Translations under genes and position numbers: made by a program
Notes under the pieces: generated by a model
What the model was told of the DNA's origin: nothing
What the model saw: the letters and a program-made list of their open reading frames with translations, nothing else
Databases searched by the model: none
DNA from: Trypethelium eluteriae
Lineage: Eukaryota
Assembly: GCA_051942245.1 (NCBI GenBank)
Contig: JAVECL010000032.1
Coordinates: 62,001-86,550 of the forward strand
Reading direction: 5' to 3'
Length of the DNA: 24,550 bases
Shown here: one piece after another, positions 1 through 9,578 of the stretch
Numbering within the stretch: position 1 is the stretch's first letter
Layout of the letters: each line of letters opens with the position of its first letter

Positions 1-174
1 GCTGCCTGCGTCCATGAGGGAGCCAAATGCTCAACCATCCATGGAGACCAAAGTGCAGCATCCGGCCAAGGGGAGCAAAACTGCTCAGACGCAATAGCTG
101 GGGCTGTTGGTCACCTTGATCGAGGCGACTACCCCATCCAGATCGGTACAAGTGTCCATCTTTCAAAACAATAG
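1..174 (+). other. Possible 3' end of a + strand gene entering from the left edge
   Basis: Frame 1 is open from base 1 to TAG 172-174, and frame 2 is open to TAG 95-97. No recognisable domain, so the frame cannot be chosen. Confidence 0.2.
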
Positions 175-490
175 TAATCGCTGAGTAGAAATGCTGTGTC
201 GTTCGATCCGCCCCAGTGATGCTTTGTACAGCATGTACAGCTAGCTGAATATAGGGTGCTGCCAATGCCCGTGAACTCCACGCTGGGAACAAAAAGAAAA
301 AGGAAAAAAGCAGAAAAACCTTGCCGATGCAGTGGGTATATCCCGTAAAACACCAGAAAGGAGTCAGCCGCACGCCTCGCCATGTGTCATGTATGATTGC
401 TCGTTCCTTTCAACAGATGTCTATGCTTCCTGATACGCCGTCCATGTTCAATGCTTAGCTCCGCCCATTGGTTTCGTGATGCTTCGTATT

Positions 491-3400
491 CTATGCGGTC
501 CCATTCGAACCATTCGATGACGAGCCGCCGTTCATGTGTACTCCGTTCGCCATATTCGTCGTCGTCCCCGCCTCTGTCTTCGTAGACTTCGCTCCATCTC
601 CGTTCTCAAGCTTCATTGTCTTCGCATGGTATTTTTCAAATTGCTCCTTGAGTCTCCGCCCATCCGCCTGGGCACTTGGGTTTGGCCAGTAGCGTCCGGC
701 AACGTAATCCCTGTCGAATTGTTAGTCAAGAAAGCGAGAGTTAGAAGTATTGACTCACCAGTATAGCAGGTCTGAGGAAGCCTTGGTCTTCTTGACTTCC
801 TCCACGATTGTCAAGCCAACGTCTACCAACGTCTGGACAAGGCGACGCGCGAGATCTGTTCCTTGGTAATTCTGTTTCGTAGAGGCGCGCAAGTCTTTGA
901 GCTTCTGATAATTGTTCTCGCGATCACGGAATTCGTGGCAGAGTGTAGAATCGCTCGCAGCCGGTTTCTTATTCGAGGTATCTTCGGTGTTGCGAAGATG
1001 TGTATGAGTGGCATCTTTCTGCTTGGTTTGGGACATTTCGGTGGAGTGTCGACGCGGTCCTGCAGATGAATGGTCATTCTTCAAGGCATGCGAACGTTTC
1101 TGAATTTTGATCGCGTTGAGCTGCTCATCCGACCTTGCGTGCTTAGGCCTCGGCTTGCGAGCGTCGTCATGATCGTCCTCAGCTTTGCGTTTGCGATCTG
1201 GAGTTCCTGCGTAGCCATTTGACTTTCTGTCTGGAGTCGCCTTTCCATTGGGATCTGCAGAAAAGAGACGTTGTCGTGAATCTCGGTGATTGGGGCCACG
1301 AGGTCGATGGAACTGATCTGAGGATGGAACTTTACGCATGGTAGTTGGACCGGGGCTCGAGGTAACCGACTTCTCCATGCGGTGCCTATGCAGACCAGGG
1401 TGCTTCTTGCTGTTGCGGTGATGATTTTCGAGAGCTTTCTTAACAGCAATGTTGGTACCGCCGCTCGTCTTGTCCTTGAGGACTTGGATCAAATAATTTG
1501 CGCGTCGCACCAGGTGAACGGCACCAGGCGATTTGGCATGCTTGTCCTCGTGCCCTTCACGTTCCGCTTTCTTATCAACGCGGTGTTCCTCGAGGAAGAA
1601 TTTATCTCCCATGCCCAAGTCTGGATCATCGCGAATGGCTACCCAGGCTCCGTAGCCATGGCGTGCAATGCCAACGCAGAGCATACCATCTTCACGCGCA
1701 CCCCACGGACAGTCATACTGGGCGGGCTTGCTGGCTTCAGGAACACGAAAGCTTTTCCAATCGGAAGCAGCCTTGACAACCTCCCTCATCATGCGCATTT
1801 CGGTGGGACGTTGCGTGATTGTGTCTGCGTTAAGTCGCTTGACCCCGCGATGATCAAAGAGCACCGCCTTCCTCTCCTTCTTGGTGAGAGCCTTATTTGT
1901 TTCACGCTCGAGAGCTTTCAAACGCTCTTCCTCGTCATGCATGAGTTGGTCAGCCTTGGTGGTGATTTCACCGAGCGTTGCCTTGAGTACGTCCATGTCA
2001 CGACCCTCAAGCCTAGCGTCTTTGAGGAATTCGTTGCGACAGTCGTCAATCGAACCGTACTTCTCGTGCGCGCGGACAAGGTTTCGAACCTCACGTTCAC
2101 TGAGTGGTCGCTTTGGATCTAAGTTGGCTTCTGCATCTCCTTCTGTATCATCCTCGTCAGCAGCAGCAGCGGCCGCAGCAGCCCGAGCCTGCTTCTTGGC
2201 GGCGCGTTGCTCTCGAGCCTCATGCCCATCGCTCGGAGCCTTGCGCTTTCGAGGCTCGGCTTGCTTGAGTAGCTCTTGCGTCATCCGCTCTTCTTCTGCT
2301 TTGCGCTCTTCGTCTTTGACCTGCTTGATCTGATCTTCGGGAATGATATCATCCCACTCGATGTCGGCCTTCACATCCGTATATTCAAAGCTTTTCAGGA
2401 AATCTTCGCCACCACTAGCACCAATACCCTCGGCCTGCTCGGTCTTATGCTCTTCGGCAGTCGCAATGACAGCATCGATATCCATAGACTCAAGCTCCTT
2501 TTGGTTGCCTGTTTGTTCGAACATTCTTTGACCGCGACGCTTGAGGAGCCGATTGATATCTTCAATTGAGCCTGGCTCACCAGCACGCTTGGCCAAGCCG
2601 CTATCCCCAAGATCTTTAGCGTCTTTGTCAGTAATACCTTGCTGGATGGTGAGATATTCTAGGATCATTTTGTTCCTCGCCCGCTCGAGGATGTCCTCTT
2701 CAAGTGTGTCTTTTGAGACAAATCGGAAGACTTGGACAGGCTTGGTCTGGCCAATACGATGAGCACGAGCCATTGCTTGCAGGTCCGCTTGAGGGTTCCA
2801 ATCCGAGTCAAAGATAATGACAGTGTCTGCGGCTGTCAGGTTGATGCCCAAGCCACCAGCCCGAGTCGATAGGAGGAACAGAAAGTCTTCACTGTCGGGT
2901 GAGTTGAAATGGTCGATAGCCTGAGCCCGCTCTCTGGATGATACGGTCCCGTCCAAACGCTGAAACTTTTCGCCTTTCAGTCGGCAATACTCCTCTAGAA
3001 TGTTCAACATTTGCACCATTTGACTGAAGATTAGCACGCGGTGCCCTTCTGCCTTGAGCTTGGTGAGAAGCTTCTCAAGCACCATCATCTTGCCACTGCA
3101 TGTGATGATTTGCTTGAGTATTTCCTTGCGATCATCCGGGTCAATGCCATCGAGTCGTCGCTGCTCCGCAATAGGTACTAAAAAGGCATGATTGCTGCAT
3201 TTCTTGAGTTGCATCGTAATATTGAGCAGAGATGCCTTCTGGCCTTTACCCCCTTGATTCAGAGCGGTGTAGTTCTTTGCAAGAATGTTCTTGTAGTACT
3301 CGAGTTGGTAGTCGGAAAGGGCGACCCTGATGATCTTTTCGCTCTTTGGTGGTAGGTCCTTTTCGACTTTGTTTTTGGTTCGACGCATGACAAGGGGATC

Positions 3401-6160
3401 GATAATCTTACGAATCTCCGCGACTTTCTGAGCTGCCGTCTGGTCATCCAGATCCACCTCATCAGCAATGTCCCCTTGACCGGGCTTCAGGAAGTTGAGT
3501 AGAGCAGCAAGCTCGGCATAGTTGTTCTGCATCGGCGTGCCCGTAATCAGGGTTCGATGTGGGATGCCGAACCCCATTAGGATCTGATAGATATTGGCCT
3601 TTGGATTCTTCAGTCGATGAGCCTCGTCCACCATAAGACTTTGCCATTTGATAGTGCACAAAAAGTCCTGGTCCTTATTGACATATTCGGGTGTCGTGAG
3701 CAAGACGTGGAATTTGTACCGACGACTATTGCTATTGGTGAATAATTCTCGCTCTTTGATGATGGATCGCGAGTTTGGGCCTCCGAGGTATTTGATGTAA
3801 TTGACGTCAGGAGTCCATTTGTTGAAAGTATCGGCCCAGTCACCTACGGTCGAGAGGGGCACAATGAGCAAGAAAGGGCCTTGCTGACCTCTTTCATGGC
3901 GCAACCAATTCAGGAAGGAGATTGTCTGGATCGTTTTACCCAAACCCATTTCGTCTGCAAGAATGACGTTCTCGTTTCTGCACCAGTTATAGGCCAGAAA
4001 GTTGACACCCTCGAGTTGGAAATGTCTGAGTCTGCCATGCTGGATGTAATCTGGTTGTTCGTGGAATCCTTTGTATTCCGAACGTTTGCGAGGCCTAAGT
4101 TCGTCGAGGTTGCTGACAGGTATGTGAGACGTACGATCAAGGAAGCGGTCAATTTCCTCTTGTGCTAATTTGCTCACAAGCGAAGCAGGTTCCCATGTGG
4201 TATCTTTGTACTCGCATCCCTTCCCTGTGAGATGTCAGCACACGATCATGTCAGGCTCGCAAAAAGGCTTACAGAGAATGCAGTATTCCGTGCCATCTTC
4301 ACCATCCCGCGAACCAATAACACGTTCAACTATCACGCAATCTGCAAAGTGGTCTAGACGTAAATTGATATCCATGGCATGTTGCTCTTTTTCTTCGTCT
4401 GGAAATTCAGGATCACTAAGCTTCTCCTGCCACAACTTGAAGTCGCGCCAGAAGTTGTCGAGGCGCTTCCATCCCTTGTACTGTCCAAGGGTGTCCCAAG
4501 TTTCCCACGTCGCGTGGTAGTGCGCTCGACCTTGCCATTTTACCTGCAGTTTTCTCTCAGCAATGCTTCTGCAAGAATGATCAAAGGATAAGATGCTCAC
4601 CCAAAATAAGAAGTCGTACTTGCTCGGGTTTTCTTTTTTCTCTGCAGGGTACTTGGTTAGCCTGAACTGTTTCGTGCAATGGGAGCATGATCGAGTCTCA
4701 ATACCTAAGCCCTCCTTGAGCTTGGCATCCATGACAATGTCTATGCCAGGAGTCGGGTCATCAGCTTCCCAAGTCCAGTCAACTGGTGTGGCAGTTTCTT
4801 CATCGCTGAATGGTTCTTCATCTTCGTTGTAGTTGGCCACCTTGGCAGTTCGTCGTTCTGAGAAGCGCTGAGGAGGAGCGGCAAGAGTGCCATCTTTTTG
4901 CAATCGGTTTCGCTTTCGGGAGGTAACATTGCGACGTCGAGAGCCAGCGCGAGTGTCGAAATCGGATTCAGACTCCGGACTGGTTGTTGTTGTTGTTCGA
5001 GCGGGCGTGGCACGGGTGGAGCCTGTCAAAGGTCAGTCTCAGGTGGGTCTTGTAGTCTGTCAATGGAAGTAGGAAATGGAGCTCACCCTTTGGCTGTATT
5101 TCTGGTTTTCGCTTTTTACGACGCGGCTCATCAGATTCTTCGTCCGAGCTACTCTCGATCTGGTGCTACTATCAGTCAAAAGCTCTGGATCAGCAAATCG
5201 GTAAAGACATACAACGCGGCGGCTTGGTCTTGCACGACCCTGTTGTAATGGGTTAGCAGTGAGTCTCGCCAGGATTTCAAAGGTCCTTACGCTTCGACGA
5301 AGGCCGTATAGCTCTGGATTCTCTCTCATGTAATCATCTTCAGCTGTTGACATTTTACGCTTCGATGCTCTGGCGGGCGAGCTAGAAGACGACTTTTCGG
5401 TGGCTTGAGCAGTGACAGCGATATTCGGAGTCATTTCCATGTCATAATCTGCATCTTCGTCTCCGTCGGCATCTTCATCAGTAGCAGTGTCTGTGAGGGG
5501 TGACCCCGAGGCTTTGCTGGCTGGCGTCGAACTCTGGTCGAGGTCTTCGGGGGAAGTATTTAACGGACGAGACGGATGTTCGATGTCGGAGAGTTCGCTT
5601 TCGCTCGCGTAGTGGGAGTTGCCGGTGGTCGCCATGTTGTCGGCCGAAGGCGACATATGGCCGTTCTGAAAAGGTGTAGAAGTTTGGGAATCGGTAGGAG
5701 AGTGTTGGAGGTAGGACCCCGCTGGAGTGGTGACAGCGTCAGCGTTACTGTTCAAGAACGAATAGATCGCAGAAAGCAGAAATTGTTGCGTTGTAAAGCA
5801 CGCAACTACGCGACTCAGAAATCATCCAAAAACCATTTCTGAGCAGCGTAATTGCCGAATGAATCGAGTCCGACCGTGAAAGCCGGCTCAGGATGGTATG
5901 CAGCTGGACGGCTTCAATGGAGGATTCTGCCCACCGGCGGCACGGCGGAGACCATAGAAGCAGTCCGCAGTGGCGTATGCGATCTGAAGATGCCAGTAAC
6001 ATACAGCACAGGGCATCGGAAGGCAAGGTTCGATGATGGGCATCGATTTGCGATGGATGATGATGGAAATTTGGCGGCCAGCAAGAGGCACGACAACCAG
6101 CCAGCCGGCTGCAAAGATGCAGCAGAGAACAACAGGAAAAGAAGACTACTTACAAGCCAT
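491..6160 (-). CDS. CHD1: Chromodomain-helicase-DNA-binding protein Chd1/Hrp3 (SNF2 family), about 1617 aa. Exons (minus): 6160-6154, 5721-5291, 5239-5213, 5159-5087, 5022-4705, 4641-4601, 4543-4273, 4224-759, 710-491
   Basis: SNF2 motifs ILADEMGLGKT, VDEAHRLKN, TGTPMQNN, LLSTRAGGLGINL and DSDWNPQADLQAMARAHRIGQ. Two chromodomains (VKWQGRAHYHATWE; WKGCEYKDTTWE), a SANT/SLIDE-type region (WGAREDGMLCVGIARHGYGAW) and the Chd1 N-terminal motif ENPELYGLRRS. All 8 introns are GT..AG with frame-consistent phases, and the exons total 4854 nt. The 7-nt first exon is the least certain part. Confidence 0.95.
2157..2181 (-). repeat. Imperfect (GCT)n trinucleotide run encoding poly-Ala in CHD1
   Basis: Plus strand tcagcagcagcagcggccgcagcagc; the protein reads ARAAAAAAAAD. 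Confidence 0.6.
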
Positions 6161-6679
6161 AGCTCAGGAGTCCTCGAAGGACGAAATCTCGAGTGGTCTG
6201 TCAGGGTTTGCAAATTGTGGTGGTGGAGAGGTACAAAGTTGGGGGAAGGTGGAAAGACGTAGATCGGTGCTCGTGGATGAGGCTAGGTGCCAAAGGTCGG
6301 CGGCAGGCCTTGGCTAAAACCTCCAGCCCAATCAGCGCCAATCACCACCAATCGCCGATCAGCCGCCCGGAAACCCCACATCCCAATTTCTTCCCCTCCA
6401 AAAACTGAAGACTCACCTGGCTGGACGACCTCCAAATCACACACTTTACTGCTGCACCTCACAGCGGTGCCTCTTTTTCTGCTTCTTCTGACTCTTCACC
6501 AATTTTCCAGTAATTTCCAGTCCCACTTTTCCAGCGCGAGACCTCTGGCACGGACCGCGAGCTGAGATATTCCATTCGCATCACACTCATTCTCGTGACC
6601 TCTTTATCTTGGCCGTTGATCTTTGAGCAAACAACGCAATTGATTGTCTGGTGACTCCGATTTGCTATAGCATCACACC
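6161..6679. promoter_or_regulatory. Bidirectional promoter/5'UTR region of CHD1 and RLI1, with three CCAAT boxes
   Basis: Head-to-head start codons at 6160 (-) and 6680 (+). CCAATC at 6328, 6338 and 6348. CT-rich tract at about 6470-6530, typical of fungal leaders. Confidence 0.65.
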
Positions 6680-8700
6680 ATGGCGGATAGACTCACTCGG
6701 TATGCTATTGTTTCGACTAGTTTGACTGCGAATAACTCTGCGTATTGACAATCCTTAGTATTGCCATTGTCAATAGCGACAAATGCAAACCCAAGAAATG
6801 CAGGCAGGAGTGCAAGAAATCTTGCCCTGTTGTCCGGACTGGCAAACTCTGCATCGAAGTGACCCCTGACTCCAAGATTGCTTTCATCTCTGAGCGCCTC
6901 TGCATTGGGTGCGGCATCTGTCCCAAGAAATGCCCATTCGACGCCATCAACATCATCAACCTTCCAACCAACCTCGAGACCCAAGTGACCCATCGATACT
7001 CAGCCAATAGCTTCAAGCTACACAGGCTACCTATGCCCAGACCTGGTCAAGTCTTGGGTCTTGTAGGAACGAATGGTATTGGAAAGAGCACGGCATTGAA
7101 GATCCTCAGTGGGAAACTCAAGCCAAACCTGGGTCGATATGACAATCCCCCCGATTGGGAAGAAATTCTAAAATATTTCCGGGGATCTGAGCTCCAGAGT
7201 ATGCTCGGAAGTATGCAGGCGATGTGAGTTGATGCTGATGGTCATGTAGACTATTTCACCAAAGTACTGGAGGATAGCCTCGAGGCTGTCGTGAAGCCAC
7301 AATATGTCGACCAGATCCCGAAAGCAGTCAAGGGTAACGACCGATCCGTCAACGCTCTCATCAAAGGTCGAGCACAGATGGACAATGTCGAGCAAATGAT
7401 GGATGTTCTTGGTAGGTTCCAATTATCTTGGGGCTATCATGCACTAACCTAGCTGAAGAATTGCGATATCTTGAGGACCGCAATATCGAACTTCTCTCTG
7501 GTGGAGAGCTACAACGGTTCGCCATTGCACTGACTTGTGTCCGCAAGGCCGATGTGTATGTCACTAGTGCAGATATTTTGTCTGACGGACTAACTCCTCC
7601 CCAGATACATGTTCGATGAGCCATCATCTTTTCTCGACGTCAAGCAACGTCTTGCTGCTGGTCGAATGATCCGAAGTCTACTTCGCGATGATGACTATGT
7701 CATTGTAGTTGAACACGACTTGTCAGTCTTGGACTACCTGTCCGACTTCATTTGTGTGCTCTATGGCAAGCCTGCTGTCTACGGTGTCGTCACATTGCCT
7801 CAGTCTGTTCGGGAAGGAATCAATATCTTCCTTGACGGACATATTCCAACTGAGAATCTACGTTTCCGAGAAGAGTCGCTTCAGTTCCGTATCGGAGAAG
7901 CAGGTGAAGACTTTATGGTCGATAAGTCACGTGGCTACGGCTATCCAAACATGGAAAAGACACTTGGTGACTTCCACCTTACTATCCAAGCCGGCCAGTT
8001 CACCGACTCTGAAATCATTGTTATGATGGGTGAAAATGGTACTGGGAAGACTACTTTCTGTAGAATGCTTGCCGGCGCCGAGAAGCCCGATGGCACCAAG
8101 AAAATCCCGGCAATGAACATAAGCATGAAGCCTCAAAAGATTACCCCCAAGTTTCAGGGCACAGTCCGTCAACTCTTTTTTAAGAAGATCAAAGCGTCAT
8201 TCTTGAGTCCGCAATTTCAGACTGATGTGTACAAACCCCTCAAGATGGATGATTTCATTGACCAAGAAGTGCAAAACCTCTCTGGTGGTGAATTGCAACG
8301 CGTGGCCATCGTTCTTGCCCTTGGCATCCCTGCCGATATCTACCTTATCGACGAACCGAGTGCCTATCTCGACTCCGAGCAGCGTATCGTCGCTGCGAGG
8401 GTGATTAAACGTTTCATCATGCACGCTAAGAAGACGGCTTTCATCGTCGAGCACGACTTCATCATGGCCACCTACCTTGCCGACCGCGTCATCGTCTTCG
8501 ATGGTCAACCTGCCATCAACGCCCGCGCACAGGCACCGGAGAGCTTACTCACTGGCTGCAACAAGTTCTTGAAGAGTCTCGACGTTACCTTCCGCCGTGA
8601 TCCCAATTCATACCGTCCACGCATCAATAAGCTCGACTCACAGCTAGATCACGAACAGAAGCTCTCTGGAAATTTCTATTTCCTAGAGGAGGAGAGCTGA
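6680..8700 (+). CDS. RLI1: ABCE1/Rli1 Fe-S ABC ATPase (ribosome recycling), about 604 aa. Exons: 6680-6699, 6759-7198, 7250-7411, 7459-7555, 7605-8700
   Basis: Spliced N-terminus [31 protein letters not shown] and [14 protein letters not shown] (two 4Fe-4S clusters). Two nucleotide-binding domains ([24 protein letters not shown] twice, DEPS). C-terminus [28 protein letters not shown]. Exons total 1815 nt, in frame. Confidence 0.97.
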
Positions 8701-8944
8701 AAAGGGCGTCCCAAAGAATGATGGCCCTCCACGCAAAGGACCCCACAATGCACCCCGTGTACTGAGGTCGTTAGCGAGAAGGAGCAAGAGACATAATAAA
8801 CAGCTAGGAGGCGGACTTCCTGACGAAGGGGCCGCGGAGGAGGATGAAGACGAGGACGGCGATGCACGGTGGCAGCGATCTACCTCCTGTGCCTTCACAG
8901 CCCTTGGTCCTATCATATTAAAGCTGGAGTTTCTCGCAAAGTAG
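8687..8944 (+). other. AUG-less +1-frame ORF overlapping the RLI1 stop codon (85 sense codons); candidate recoded C-terminal extension
   Basis: Open between TAG 8684-8686 and TAG 8942-8944. Translates [85 protein letters not shown]. The ORF is directly seen; its translation is unproven. Confidence 0.4.
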
Positions 8945-9578
8945 AGAAAAGGATAGACTGGGTAGGAAGAGAAGCGTACGGGTCAAGCTAGGTGATCGCT
9001 GTCTGGCACCTTTGGTAGCTGTTAGATGGTTCTCGAAACACAGGACTATACCATCATCCAAAGGAGTTCGCTCCGACGTCTGGAGGACGTCTCATGAGAT
9101 AAGGCGGTGAAAAACTTATTTTCTGTAGGAGTTCAATCAATCATTAGATAATCGCGCTTGATTTTCACAGGCTCCAATGGCGATTAACATTGCGGAAATT
9201 GAAATTGTGTACCTGCCTTTTGACTTAGGGTTGAACGTGAGAGAGATGATGATACAGAGGCAGCGACCTTCCATCAGTAAGATATCTTCCACTATTGGGA
9301 CAAGTGCCATGACCATACGATCTCATGCATCCCATTTGGAAAAAAATAGACACCATGAATAATCAATGACATGCATCGAAGCACTTGTTCATGCGTGCAC
9401 TCAGACCCGCAATATAACGATATTAGTCCAGAGCTTACCACATATGCCTGCAGCTAATCGACAGCGTGACGACCTTGCTGACTGCATCTGCTTCGATTTC
9501 AAGAGTTTACTCAATTACATACACAGAATCGCTTCTCCTCACTATTGCCATCTTCCTTCGACTAAAGCAACCTCGTAA

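Noticed and set aside
289..318. A-rich tract
   Set aside because: Most simply a U-rich 3' end region of CHD1; no retroelement features.
1382..2333. 246-aa and 150-aa + strand ORFs
   Set aside because: Antisense to the well-supported CHD1 exon; no independent coding signal.
6500..6670. Possible 5'UTR intron ending at CTATAG just before the RLI1 ATG
   Set aside because: No convincing donor/branch-point pair.
7199..7249. Duplicated AGTATGC donor 12 nt apart in RLI1 intron 2 (possible twin intron or alternative donor)
   Set aside because: The second donor would leave only a 39-nt intron and insert SMLG into the conserved ELQNYF; no nested-intron geometry found.
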